Source: the human T2T-CHM13v2.0 reference genome, Homo sapiens
Reading direction: 5' to 3' (one strand)
Assembly (NCBI RefSeq): GCF_009914755.1
Contig: NC_060928.1
Length of the DNA stretch: 64,000 nt
Program-made: the position numbers and the translations under genes
Notes under the pieces: generated by a model
What the model saw: the letters and a program-made list of their open reading frames with translations, nothing else
The model's database searches: none
Told to the model about the DNA's origin: nothing
In this document: positions 51,006 to 64,000 of the stretch, piece by piece
Layout of the letters: each line of letters opens with the position of its first letter
How positions within the stretch are numbered: the first letter of the stretch is position 1

Positions 51006-54000
51006 AAAACTACACAGAAGCATTCTCAGAAACTTGTTTGTGATGTGTGTATTCAACTAACAGAGTTGAACTTTTGTTTTTACAGAGCCGTTTTAAAACA
51101 CTCTTTTTGTGGAATCAGAAAGTGGATATTCGGATGGCTCTGAGGATTTCGTTGGAAGCGGGATTACATATAAAATCTAGAGAGAAGCATTCTCAGGAAC
51201 TTCTTTGTGATGTTTGCATTGAAGTCACAGAATTGAACATTCACTTTGATAGAGCAGGTTTGAAACACTCATTCTGTAGTATCTGGAACTGGACATTTCA
51301 AGCGCTTTCAGGCCTATGGTGAGAAAGGAAATATCTTCGAATAAAAACTAGACAGAAGCATCCTCAGAAACTTATTTGTGATGTGTGTCCTCAACTAACA
51401 GAGTTGAAACTTTGTTTTGATACAGCATTTTGGAAACACTCTTTTTGTAGAATCTGCAGGTGGATATTTGGATAGCTTAGAGGGATTCGTTGGAAAGGGG
51501 ATATCTTCATATAAAATCTAGACAGAAGCATTCTCAGAAACTTATTTGTGATGTGTGTCCTCAACTAACAGAGTTGAACCTTGGTTTTGATACAGCATTT
51601 TGGAAACACTCCTTTTGTAGAATCTGCAGGTGGATATGTGGATAGCTCTGAAGATTTCGTTGGAAACGGGAATTTCTTCATATAAAATCAAACAGAAGCA
51701 TTCTCAGAAACTTCTCAGTGATGTTTGCATTCAGCTCATGGAGTTGAACACTTCCTTTCATAGAGCCGGTTTGAAACACTCTTTCTGCACTACCTGGAAG
51801 AGGACATTTCGAGCGCTTTGAGTCCTATGGTGAAAAAGGAAATATCTTCTCATAAAAACCAGAAAGAAGCATTCTCAGAAACTTCTTTGTGTTGTGTGTA
51901 CTCATGTAACAGTGTTGAACCATCCTTTTGACAGAGCAGTTTTGAAACACTCTTTTTGTAGAATCTGCAAGTGGATATTTGGATAGCTTTGAGGATTTCG
52001 TTGGAAACGGGATGACATATAATATCTAGAGAGAAGCATTCTCAGGAACTTCTTTGTGATGTTTGCATTCAAGTCACAGAATTGAACATTCCCTTTCATA
52101 GAGCAGGTTTGAAACACTCTTTCTCTAGTATCTGGAAGTGGGCATTTCAAGCGCTTTCAGGCCTATGGAGAGAAAGGAAATACCTTCAAATAAAAACTAG
52201 ACAGAAGCATTCTCAGAAACTTATTTGTGATGTGTGTCCTCAACTAACAGAGTTGAACCTTTGTTTTGATACAGCATTTTGGAAACACTCCTTTTGTAGA
52301 ATCTGCAGATGGATATTTTGATAGCTTTGAAGATTTCGTTGGAAACCGGAATATCTTCATATAAAATCAAGACAGAAGCATTCTCGGAAACATCTCTGTG
52401 ATGTTTGCATTCAACTCAGTAGAGTTGAACACTTCCTTTCATAGAGCCGGTTTGAAACAGTCTTTCTGCACTACCTGGAAGCGGACATTTCGAGCGCTTT
52501 GAGGCCTATGGTGAAAAAGGAAATATCTTCTCATAAAAACCAGAAAGAAGCATTCTCAGAAACTTCTTTGTGTTGTGTGTACTCAAGTAACAGTGTTGAA
52601 CCTTCCTTTTGACACAGCAGTTTTGAAACACTCTTTTGGTAGAATCTGCAAGTGGATATTTGGATAGCTTTGAGGATTTCGTTGGAAACGGGTTATCTTC
52701 ATATAAAATCCAGACAGGAGCATTCTCAGAAACTTCTTTGTGCTGCATTTCCTCAATTCACAGAGCTGTACCTTTGTTTGGATACAGCATTTTGGAAACA
52801 TTCCTTTAGTAGAATCTGCAAGTTGATATTTAGATAGCTTTGAAGATTTCGTTGGAAACGGGAATATCTTCATAGAAAATCTAGACGGAAGCATTCTCAG
52901 AAACTGCTTTGTGATGTTTGCATTCAAGTCACAGAGTTGAATATTCCCTTTTATAGAGTAGGTTTGAAACACTCTTTCGGCACTACCTGGAAGTGGATAT
53001 TTCGAGCTCTTTGAGGCCTATGGTTAAAAGGAAATATCTTCCCATAAAAACTAGACAGAAGCCGTCTCAGAAACTTGTTTGTGATGTGTGTATTCAACTA
53101 ACAGAGTTGAACATTTCTGTTACAGAGCAATTTTAAAACACTCTTTTTGTGGAATCTGAAAGTGGATAATTGGATAGCTTTGTGGATTTCGTTGGAAACG
53201 GGATGACGTATAAAATCTAGAGAGAAGCATTCTCAGGAACTTCTTTCTGATGTTTGCATTCAAGTCACAGAATTGAACATTCCTTTTCATAGTGCAGGTT
53301 TGAAACACTCTTTCTGTAGTATCTGGAAGTGGACATTTCAAGCGCTTTCAGGCCTACGGGGAGAAAGGAAATATCTTCAAATAAAAACTAGACAGAAGGA
53401 TTCTCAGAAACTTATTTGTGATGTGTGTCCTAAACGAACACAGTTGAACCTTTGTTTTGATACAGCATTTTGGAAACACTCCTTTTGTAGGATCTGCAGG
53501 TGGATATTTGGATAGATTTTAAGATTTCGTTGGAAACGGGAGTTTCTCCATAGAAACTCAAGACAGATGCATTCTCAGAAACATCTCTGTGATGTTTGCA
53601 TTCCACTCATAGAGTTGAAAACTTCCTTTCATAGAGCAGGTTTGAAACACTCTTTTTGTAATATTTGGAAGTGGACATTTGCAGCGCTTTGAGGCCTATG
53701 GTGAAAAAGGAAATATCTTCTCATAAAAACCAGAAAGAAGCATTCTCAGAAACTTCTTTTTGATGTGTGTACTCAAGTAACAGAGTTGAACCTTCCTTTT
53801 GACACAGCAGTTTTGAAACAATCTTTTTGTAGAATCTGCAAGTGGATATTTGGATAGCTTTGAGGATTTCGTTGGAAACGGGATATCTTCATATAAAATC
53901 TAGACAGAAGCATTCTCAGAAACTTCTTTGTGCTGTATGTCCTCAATTAACAGAGTTGAACCATTGCTTGGATACAGCATTTTGGAAACATTCCTTGAGT

Positions 54001-54237
54001 AGAATCTGCAAGTTGATATTTAGATAGATTTGAAGATTTCGTTGGAAAAGGGAATATCTCCATATAAAATCTAGAGGGAAGCATTCTCAGAAACTGCTTT
54101 GTGATGTTTCCATTCAAGTCACAGAGTTGAATATTCCCTTTTATAGAGCACGTTTGAAACACTCTTTCTGCACTATCTGGAAGTGGACATTTCGAGCGCT
54201 TTGAGGCCTATGGTGAAAAAGGAAATATCTTCCCATA
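51006..54237 (+). repeat. Canonical 19-mer HOR (3232 bp)
   Basis: Marker spacing 51047->54279 = 3232. Confidence 0.94.
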
Positions 54238-57200
54238 AAAATTAGACAGAAGCATTCTCAGAAACTTGTTTGTGATGTGTGTATTCAACTAACAGAGTTG
54301 AACTTTTGTTTTTACAGAGCCGTTTTAAAACACTCTTTTTGTGGAATCAGAAAGTGGATATTCGGATGGCTCTGAGGATTTCGTTGGAAGCGGGATTACA
54401 TATAAAATCTAGAGAGAAGCATTCTCAGGAACTTCTTTGTGATGTTTGCATTGAAGTCACAGAATTGAACATTTACTTTGATAGAGCAGGTTTGAAACAC
54501 TCATTCTGTAGTATCTGGAAGTGGACATTTCAAGCGCTTTCAGGCCTATGGTGAAAAAGGAAATATCTTCGAATAAAAACTAGACAGAAGCATCCTCAGA
54601 AACTTATTTGTGATGTGTGTCCTCAACTAACAGAGTTGAAACTTTGTTTTGATACAGCATTTTGGAAACACTCCTTTTGTAGAATCTGCAGGTGGATATG
54701 TGGATAGCTGTGAAGATTTCGTTGGAAACGGGAATTTCTTCCTATAAAATCAAACAGAAGCATTCTCAGAAACTTCTCAGTGATGTTTGCATTCAGCTCA
54801 TGGAGTTGAACACTTCCTTTCATAGAGCCGGTTTGAAACACTCTTTCTGCACTACCTGGAAGAGGCCATTTCGAGCGCTTTGAGTCCTATGGTGAAAAAG
54901 GAAATATCTTCTCATAAAAACCAGAAAGAAGCATTCTCAGAAACTTCTTTGTGTTGTGTGTACTCATGTAACAGTGTTGAACCATCCTTTTGACAGAGCA
55001 GTTTTGAAACACTCTTTTTGTAGAATCTGCAAGTGGATATTTGGATAGCTTTGAGGATTTCGTTGGAAACGGGATGACATATAATATCTAGAGAGAAGCA
55101 TTCTCAGGAACTTCTTTGTGATGTTTGCATTCAAGTCACAGAATTGAACATTCCCTTTCATAGAGCAGGTTTGAAACACTCTTTCTCTAGTATCTGGAAG
55201 TGGGCATTTCAAGCGCTTTCAGGCCTATGGAGAGAAAGGAAATACCTTCAAATAAAAACTAGACAGAAGCATTCTCAGAAACTTATTTGTGATGTGTGTC
55301 CTCAACTAACAGAGTTGAACCTTTGTTTTGATACAGCATTTTGGAAACACTCCTTTTGTAGAATCTGCAGGTGGATATTTGGATAACTTTGAAGATTTCG
55401 TTGGAAACCGGAATATCTTCATATAAAATCAAGACAGAAGCATTCTCGGAACCATCTCTGTGATGTTTGCATTCAACTCAGTAGAGTTGAACACTTCCTT
55501 TCATAGAGCCGGTTTGAAACACTCTTTCTGCACTACCTGGAAGCGGACATTTCGAGCGCTTTGAGGCCTATGGTGAAAAAGGAAATATCTTCTCATAAAA
55601 ACCAGAAAGAAGCATTCTCAGAAACTTCTTTGTGTTGTGTGTACTCAAGTAACAGTGTTGAACCTTCCTTTTGACACAGCAGTTTTGAAACACTCTTTTG
55701 GTAGAATCTGCAAGTGGATATTTGGATAGCTTTGAGGATTTCGTTGGAAACGGGTTATCTTCACATAAAATCCAGACAGGAGCATTCTCAGAAACTTCTT
55801 TGTGCTGCATGTCCTCAATTCACAGAGCTGAACCTTTGTTTGGATACAGTATTTTGGAAACATTCCTTTAGTAGAATCTGCAAGTTGATATTTAGATAGC
55901 TTTGAAGATTTCGTTGGAAACGGGAATATCTTCATAGAAAATCTAGACGGAAGCATTCTCAGAAACTGCTTTGTGATGTTTGCATTCAAGTCACAGAGTT
56001 GAATATTCCCTTTTATAGAGTAGGTTTGAAACACTCTTTCGGCACTACCTGGAAGTGGATATTTCGAGCTCTTTGAGGCCTATGGTTAAAAGGAAATATC
56101 TTCCCATAAAAACTAGACAGAAGCCGTCTCAGAAACTTGTTTGTGATGTGTGTATTCAACTAACAGAGTTGAACATTTCTGTTACAGAGCAATTTTAAAA
56201 CACTCTTTTTGTGGAATCTGAAAGTGGATAATTGGATAGCTTTGTGGATTTCGTTGGAAACGGGATGACGTATAAAATCTAGAGAGAAGCATTCTCAGGA
56301 ACTTCTTTCTGATGTTTGCATTCAAGTCACAGAATTGAACATTCCTTTTCATAGTGCAGGTTTGAAACACTCTTTCTGTAGTATCTGGAAGTGGACATTT
56401 CAAGCGCTTTCAGGCCTACGGGGAGAAAGGAAATATCTTCAAATAAAAACTAGACAGAAGGATTCTCAGAAACTTATTTGTGATGTGTGTCCTAAACGAA
56501 CACAGTTGAACCTTTGTTTTGATACAGCATTTTGGAAACACTCCTTTTGTAGGATCTGCAGGTGGATATTTGGATAGATTTTAAGATTTCGTTGGAAACG
56601 GGAGTTTCTTCATAGAAACTCAAGACAGATGCATTCTCAGAAACATCTCTGTGATGTTTACATTCCACTCATAGAGTTGAAAACTTCCTTTCATAGAGCA
56701 GGTTTGAAACACTCTTTTTGTAATATTTGGAAGTGGACATTTGCAGCGCTTTGAGGCCTATGGTGAAAAAGGAAATATCTTCTCATAAAAACCAGAAAGA
56801 AGCATTCTCAGAAACTTCTTTTTGATGTGTGTACTCAAGTAACAGAGTTGAACCTTCCTTTTGACACAGCAGTTTTGAAACAATCTTTTTGTAGAATCTG
56901 CAAGTGGATATTTGGATAGCTTTGAGGATTTCGTTGGAAACGGGATATCTTCATATAAAATCTAGACAGAAGCATTCTCAGAAACTTCTTTGTGCTGTAT
57001 GTCCTCAATTAACAGAGTTGAACCATTGCTTGGATACAGCATTTTGGAAACATTCCTTGAGTAGAATCTGCAAGTTGATATTTAGATAGATTTGAAGATT
57101 TCGTTGGAAAAGGGAATATCTCCATATAAAATCTAGAGGGAAGCATTCTCAGAAACTGCTTTGTGATGTTTCCATTCAAGTCACAGAGTTGAATATTCCC

Positions 57201-57299
57201 TTTTATAGAGCACGTTTGAAACACTCTTTCTGCACTATCTGGAAGTGGACATTTCGAGCGCTTTGAGGCCTATGGTGAAAAAGGAAATATCTTCCCATA
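54238..57299 (+). repeat. 18-mer HOR variant (m3/m4 fused, 170 bp lost)
   Basis: Marker spacing 3062; one monomer has an m3 5' end (gcatcctc, gaaactttg) and an m4 3' end (ctcctttt, gatatgtgg, intact box). Confidence 0.92.
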
Positions 57300-60200
57300 A
57301 AAACTAGACAGAAGCATTCTCAGAAACTTGTTTGTGATGTGTGTATTCAACTAACAGAGTTGAACTTTTGTTTTTACAGAGCCGTTTTAAAACACTCTTT
57401 TTGTGGAATCAGAAAGTGGATATTCGGATGGCTCTGAGGATTTCGTTGGAAGCGGGATTACATATAAAATCTAGAGAGAAGCATTCTCAGGAACTTCTTT
57501 GTGATGTTTGCATTGAAGTCACAGAATTGAACATTCACTTTGATAGAGCAGGTTTGAAACACTCATTCTGTAGTATCTGGAAGTGGACATTTCAAGCGCT
57601 TTCAGGCCTATGGTGAGAAAGGAAATATCTTCGAATAAAAACTAGACAGAAGCATCCTCAGAAACTTATTTGTGATGTGTGTCCTCAACTAACAGAGTTG
57701 AAACTTTGTTTTGATACAGCATTTTGGAAACACTCTTTTTGTAGAATCTGCAGGTGGATATTTGGATAGCTTAGAGGGATTCGTTGGAAAGGGGATATCT
57801 TCATATAAAATCTAGACAGAAGCATTCTCAGAAACTTATTTGTGATGTGTGTCCTCAACTAACAGAGTTGAACCTTGGTTTTGATACAGCATTTTGGAAA
57901 CACTCCTTTTGTAGAATCTGCAGGTGGATATGTGGATAGCTCTGAAGATTTCGTTGGAAACGGGAATTTCTTCATATAAAATCAAACAGAAGCATTCTCA
58001 GAAACTTCTCAGTGATGTTTGCATTCAGCTCATGGAGTTGAACACTTCCTTTCATAGAGCCGGTTTGAAACACTCTTTCTGCACTACCTGGAAGAGGACA
58101 TTTCGAGCGCTTTGAGTCCTATGGTGAAAAAGGAAATATCTTCTCATAAAAACCAGAAAGAAGCATTCTCAGAAACTTCTTTGTGTTGTGTGTACTCATG
58201 TAACAGTGTTGAACCATCCTTTTGACAGAGCAGTTTTGAAACACTCTTTTTGTAGAATCTGCAAGTGGATATTTGGATAGCTTTGAGGATTTCGTTGGAA
58301 ACGGGATGACATATAATATCTAGAGAGAAGCATTCTCAGGAACTTCTTTGTGATGTTTGCATTCAAGTCACAGAATTGAACATTCCCTTTCATAGAGCAG
58401 GTTTGAAACACTCTTTCTCTAGTATCTGGAAGTGGGCATTTCAAGCGCTTTCAGGCCTATGGAGAGAAAGGAAATACCTTCAAATAAAAACTAGACAGAA
58501 GCATTCTCAGAAACTTATTTGTGATGTGTGTCCTCAACTAACAGAGTTGAACCTTTGTTTTGATACAGCATTTTGGAAACACTCCTTTTGTAGAATCTGC
58601 AGGTGGATATTTTGATAACTTTGAAGATTTCGTTGGAAACCGGAATATCTTCATATAAAATCAAGACAGAAGCATTCTCGGAAACATCTCTGTGATGTTT
58701 GCATTCAACTCAGTAGAGTTGAACACTTCCTTTCATAGAGCCGGTTTGAAACACTCTTTCTGCACTACCTGGAAGCGGACATTTCGAGCGCTTTGAGGCC
58801 TATGGTGAAAAAGGAAATATCTTCTCATAAAAACCAGAAAGAAGCATTCTCAGAAACTTCTTTGTGTTGTGTGTACTCAAGTAACAGTGTTGAACCTTCC
58901 TTTTGACACAGCAGTTTTGAAACACTCTTTTGGTAGAATCTGCAAGTGGATATTTGGATAGCTTTGAGGATTTCGTTGGAAACGGGTTATCTTCATATAA
59001 AATCCAGACAGGAGCATTCTCAGAAACTTCTTTGTGCTGCATGTCCTCAATTCACAGAGCTGAACCTTTGTTTGGATACAGTATTTTGGAAACATTCCTT
59101 TAGTAGAATCTGCAAGTTGATATTTAGATAGCTTTGAAGATTTCGTTGGAAACGGGAATATCTTCATAGAAAATCTAGACGGAAGCATTCTCAGAAACTG
59201 CTTTGTGATGTTTGCATTCAAGTCACAGAGTTGAATATTCCCTTTTATAGAGTAGGTTTGAAACACTCTTTCGGCACTACCTGGAAGTGGATATTTCGAG
59301 CTCTTTGAGGCCTATGGTTAAAAGGAAATATCTTCCCATAAAAACTAGACAGAAGCCGTCTCAGAAACTTGTTTGTGATGTGTGTATTCAACTAACAGAG
59401 TTGAACATTTCTGTTACAGAGCAATTTTAAAACACTCTTTTTGTGGAATCTGAAAGTGGATAATTGGATAGCTTTGTGGATTTCGTTGGAAACGGGATGA
59501 CGTATAAAATCTAGAGAGAAGCATTCTCAGGAACTTCTTTCTGATGTTTGCATTCAAGTCACAGAATTGAACATTCCTTTTCATAGTGCAGGTTTGAAAC
59601 ACTCTTTCTGTAGTATCTGGAAGTGGACATTTCAAGCGCTTTCAGGCCTACGGGGAGAAAGGAAATATCTTCAAATAAAAACTAGACAGAAGGATTCTCA
59701 GAAACTTATTTGTGATGTGTGTCCTAAACGAACACAGTTGAACCTTTGTTTTGATACAGCATTTTGGAAACACTCCTTTTGTAGGATCTGCAGGTGGATA
59801 TTTGGATAGATTTTAAGATTTCGTTGGAAACGGGAGTTTCTTCATAGAAACTCAAGACAGATGCATTCTCAGAAACATCTCTGTGATGTTTACATTCCAC
59901 TCATAGAGTTGAAAACTTCCTTTCATAGAGCAGGTTTGAAACACTCTTTTTGTAATATTTGGAAGTGGACATTTGCAGCGCTTTGAGGCCTATGGTGAAA
60001 AAGGAAATATCTTCTCATAAAAACCAGAAACAAGCATTCTCAGAAACTTCTTTTTGATGTGTGTACTCAAGTAACAGAGTTGAACCTTCCTTTTGACACA
60101 GCAGTTTTGAAACAATCTTTTTGTAGAATCTGCAAGTGGATATTTGGATAGCTTTGAGGATTTCGTTGGAAACGGGATATCTTCATATAAAATCTAGACA

Positions 60201-60531
60201 GAAGCATTCTCAGAAACTTCTTTGTGCTGTATGTCCTCAATTAACAGAGTTGAACCATTGCTTGGATACAGCATTTTGGAAACATTCCTTGAGTAGAATC
60301 TGCAAGTTGATATTTAGATAGATTTGAAGATTTCGTTGGAAAAGGGAATATCTCCATATAAAATCTAGAGGGAAGCATTCTCAGAAACTGCTTTCTGATG
60401 TTTCCATTCAAGTCACAGAGTTGAATATTCCCTTTTATAGAGCACGTTTGAAACACTCTTTCTGCACTATCTGGAAGTGGACATTTCGAGCGCTTTGAGG
60501 CCTATGGTGAAAAAGGAAATATCTTCCCATA
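57300..60531 (+). repeat. Reference canonical 19-mer HOR unit (3232 bp); likely human chromosome 4 live array D4Z1 (SF2)
   Basis: Marker-to-marker distance 57341->60573 = 3232 bp, with 19 distinguishable monomers. A ~3.2-kb 19-mer SF2 HOR is the known D4Z1 unit (recalled knowledge, not checked by alignment). The confidence refers to the chromosome assignment. Confidence 0.75.
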
Positions 60532-63500
60532 AAAATTAGACAGAAGCATTCTCAGAAACTTGTTTGTGATGTGTGTATTCAACTAACAGAGTTGAACTTT
60601 TGTTTTTACAGAGCCGTTTTAAAACACTCTTTTTGTGGAATCAGAAAGTGGATATTCGGATGGCTCTGAGGATTTCGTTGGAAGCGGGATTACATATAAA
60701 ATCTAGAGAGAAGCATTCTCAGGAACTTCTTTGTGATGTTTGCATTGAAGTCACAGAATTGAACATTCACTTTGATAGAGCAGGTTTGAAACACTCATTC
60801 TGTAGTATCTGGAAGTGGACATTTCAAGCGCTTTCAGGCCTATGGTGAGAAAGGAAATATCTTCGAATAAAAACTAGACAGAAGCATCCTCAGAAACTTA
60901 TTTGTGATGTGTGTCCTCAACTAACAGAGTTGAAACTTTGTTTTGATACAGCATTTTGGAAACACTCTTTTTGTAGAATCTGCAGGTGGATATTTGGATA
61001 GCTTAGAGGGATTCGTTGGAAAGGGGATATCTTCATATAAAATCTAGACAGAAGCATTCTCAGAAACTTATTTGTGATGTGTGTCCTCAACTAACAGAGT
61101 TGAACCTTGGTTTTGATACAGCATTTTGGAAACACTCCTTTTGTAGAATCTGCAGGTGGATATGTGGATAGCTCTGAAGATTTCGTTGGAAACGGGAATT
61201 TCTTCATATAAAATCAAACAGAAGCATTCTCAGAAACTTCTCAGTGATGTTTGCATTCAGCTCATGGAGTTGAACACTTCCTTTCATAGAGCCGGTTTGA
61301 AACACTCTTTCTGCACTACCTGGAAGAGGACATTTCGAGCGCTTTGAGTCCTATGGTGAAAAAGGAAATATCTTCTCATAAAAACCAGAAAGAAGCATTC
61401 TCAGAAACTTCTTTGTGTTGTGTGTACTCATGTAACAGTGTTGAACCATCCTTTTGACAGAGCAGTTTTGAAACACTCTTTTTGTAGAATCTGCAAGTGG
61501 ATATTTGGATAGCTTTGAGGATTTCGTTGGAAACGGGATGACATATAATATCTAGAGAGAAGCATTCTCAGGAACTTCTTTGTGATGTTTGCATTCAAGT
61601 CACAGAATTGAACATTCCCTTTCATAGAGCAGGTTTGAAACACTCTTTCTCTAGTATCTGGAAGTGGGCATTTCAAGCGCTTTCAGGCCTATGGAGAGAA
61701 AGGAAATACCTTCAAATAAAAACTAGACAGAAGCATTCTCAGAAACTTATTTGTGATGTGTGTCCTCAACTAACAGAGTTGAACCTTTGTTTTGATACAG
61801 CATTTTGGAAACACTCCTTTTGTAGAATCTGCAGGTGGATATTTGGATAACTTTGAAGATTTCGTTGGAAACCGGAATATCTTCATATAAAATCAAGACA
61901 GAAGCATTCTCGGAAACATCTCTGTGATGTTTGCATTCAACTCAGTAGAGTTGAACACTTCCTTTCATAGAGCCGGTTTGAAACAGTCTTTCTGCACTAC
62001 CTGGAAGCGGACATTTCGAGCGCTTTGAGGCCTATGGTGAAAAAGGAAATATCTTCTCATAAAAACCAGAAAGAAGCATTCTCAGAAACTTCTTTGTGTT
62101 GTGTGTACTCAAGTAACAGTGTTGAACCTTCCTTTTGACACAGCAGTTTTGAAACACTCTTTTGGTAGAATCTGCAAGTGGATATTTGGATAGCTTTGAG
62201 GATTTCGTTGGAAACGGGTTATCTTCATATAAAATCCAGACAGGAGCATTCTCAGAAACTTCTTTGTGCTGCATGTCCTCAATTCACAGAGCTGAACCTT
62301 TGTTTGGATACAGCATTTTGGAAACATTCCTTTAGTAGAATCTGCAAGTTGATATTTAGATAGCTTTGAAGATTTCGTTGGAAACGGGAATATCTTCATA
62401 GAAAATCTAGACGGAAGCATTCTCAGAAACTGCTTTGTGATGTTTGCATTCAAGTCACAGAGTTGAATATTCCCTTTTATAGAGTAGGTTTGAAACACTC
62501 TTTCGGCACTACCTGGAAGTGGATATTTCGAGCTCTTTGAGGCCTATGGTTAAAAGGAAATATCTTCCCATAAAAACTAGACAGAAGCCGTCTCAGAAAC
62601 TTGTTTGTGATGTGTGTATTCAACTAACAGAGTTGAACATTTCTGTTACAGAGCAATTTTAAAACACTCTTTTTGTGGAATCTGAAAGTGGATAATTGGA
62701 TAGCTTTGTGGATTTCGTTGGAAACGGGATGACGTATAAAATCTAGAGAGAAGCATTCTCAGGAACTTCTTTCTGATGTTTGCATTCAAGTCACAGAATT
62801 GAACATTCCTTTTCATAGTGCAGGTTTGAAACACTCTTTCTGTAGTATCTGGAAGTGGACATTTCAAGCGCTTTCAGGCCTACGGGGAGAAAGGAAATAT
62901 CTTCAAATAAAAACTAGACAGAAGGATTCTCAGAAACTTATTTGTGATGTGTGTCCTAAACGAACACAGTTGAACCTTTGTTTTGATACAGCATTTTGGA
63001 AACACTCCTTTTGTAGGATCTGCAGGTGGATATTTAGATAGATTTTAAGATTTCGTTGGAAACGGGAGTTTCTCCATAGAAACTCAAGACAGATGCATTC
63101 TCAGAAACATCTCTGTGATGTTTGCATTCCACTCATAGAGTTGAAAACTTCCTTTCATAGAGCAGGTTTGAAACACTCTTTTTGTAATATTTGGAAGTGG
63201 ACATTTGCAGCGCTTTGAGGCCTATGGTGAAAAGGAAATATCTTCTCATAAAAACCAGAAACAAGCATTCTCAGAAACTTCTTTTTGATGTGTGTACTCA
63301 AGTAACAGAGTTGAACCTTCCTTTTGACACAGCAGTTTTGAAACAATCTTTTTGTAGAATCTGCAAGTGGATATTTGGATAGCTTTGAGGATTTCGTTGG
63401 AAACGGGATATCTTCATATAAAATCTAGACAGAAGCATTCTCAGAAACTTCTTTGTGCTGTATGTCCTCAATTAACAGAGTTGAACCATTGCTTGGATAC

Positions 63501-63762
63501 AGCATTTTGGAAACATTCCTTTAGTAGAATCTGCAAGTTGATATTTAGATAGATTTGAAGATTTCGTTGGAAAAGGGAATATCTCCATATAAAATCTAGA
63601 GGGAAGCATTCTCAGAAACTGCTTTGTGATGTTTCCATTCAAGTCACAGAGTTGAATATTCCCTTTTATAGAGCACGTTTGAAACACTCTTTCTGCACTA
63701 TCTGGAAGTGGACATTTCGAGCGCTTTGAGGCCTATGGTGAAAAAGGAAATATCTTCCCATA
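60532..63762 (+). repeat. 19-mer HOR with 1-bp deletion in an A-run (3231 bp)
   Basis: ggtgaaaaggaaat at ~63226-63239 versus the usual ggtgaaaaaggaaat. Confidence 0.9.
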
Positions 63763-64000
63763 AAAATTAGACAGAAGCATTCTCAGAAACTTGTTTGTGA
63801 TGTGTGTATTCAACTAACAGAGTTGAACTTTTGTTTTTACAGAGCCGTTTTAAAACACTCTTTTTGTGGAATCAGAAAGTGGATATTCGGATGGCTCTGA
63901 GGATTTCGTTGGAAGCGGGATTACATATAAAATCTAGAGAGAAGCATTCTCAGGAACTTCTTTGTGATGTTTGCATTGAAGTCACAGAATTGAACATTCA
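63763..64000 (+). repeat. Start of next HOR unit (m1 and part of m2), truncated by the window edge
   Basis: m1 marker gagccgttttaaaa at ~63842 and box ttcgttggaagcggga at ~63905. Confidence 0.9.

Larger units (their letters stand above)
1..64000 (+). repeat. Alpha satellite (alphoid) higher-order repeat array, ~376 monomers of ~167-171 bp, single orientation
   Basis: Hallmark motifs (agaagcattctcagaaact, gagttgaac, tttgaaacactcttt, ttcgttggaaacggga, ctatggtgaaaaaggaaatatct) recur every ~170 bp across the whole window. A unique marker monomer (gagccgttttaaaa...ttcgttggaagcggga) recurs at 3232 bp or at 3232 bp plus/minus whole monomers. Confidence 0.99.

Noticed and set aside
63226-63240. 1-bp deletion in an A5 run producing two novel ORFs
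   Set aside because: A singleton homopolymer indel, either simple slippage or a sequencing error; the ORFs are incidental.
42-63687. About 190 short ORFs (61-129 aa) on both strands, e.g. the recurring 129-aa minus-strand ORF and the 91-aa MYSTNRV ORF
   Set aside because: They are translations of alpha satellite that recur with the HOR period, overlap on opposite strands, often start at GTG/TTG, have no recognisable domain, and are freely broken by SNPs and indels. Used only as positional markers.
1-64000. CRISPR-like appearance of conserved motifs separated by variable sequence
   Set aside because: The intervening sequence is itself homologous between units (no unique spacers), the period is ~171 bp, and there are no cas genes.
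1-64000. Possible transposon (L1/Alu) insertion, inversion or non-satellite island
   Set aside because: All unit lengths are accounted for by whole-monomer gains and losses plus 1-4 bp indels. No poly(A) tail, target-site duplication, or reverse-strand CENP-B box (TCCCGTTTCCAACGAA) was seen.

Overview
The whole 64 kb is one uninterrupted, single-orientation array of primate (almost certainly human) centromeric alpha satellite: about 376 head-to-tail ~171-bp monomers organised as a higher-order repeat (HOR). The canonical unit is a 19-mer of 3232 bp. Its size, the dimeric A/B organisation and the TTCGTTGGAAACGGGA CENP-B boxes best fit the live chromosome 4 array D4Z1 (suprachromosomal family 2); this assignment is from recall, not from a database search. 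There are no credible genes, RNA genes, transposon insertions or inversions, and all listed ORFs recur with the repeat period. Using my own monomer numbering (m1 = monomer starting at position 1), the unit sizes in order are 23, 19, 27, 23, 23, 23, 23, 23, 19, 10, 12, 12, 19, 44, 19, 18, 19, 19 monomers plus a partial unit. I did not find a new gene system. The interesting content is the array's readable recombination history: an ancestral 7-mer hidden inside the 19-mer, six distinct in-register hybrid-monomer junctions, length-neutral conversion tracts, a CENP-B-box-poor and mutation-rich block at ~31-41 kb, and two GA>TT tandem substitutions resembling the DNA polymerase zeta signature.
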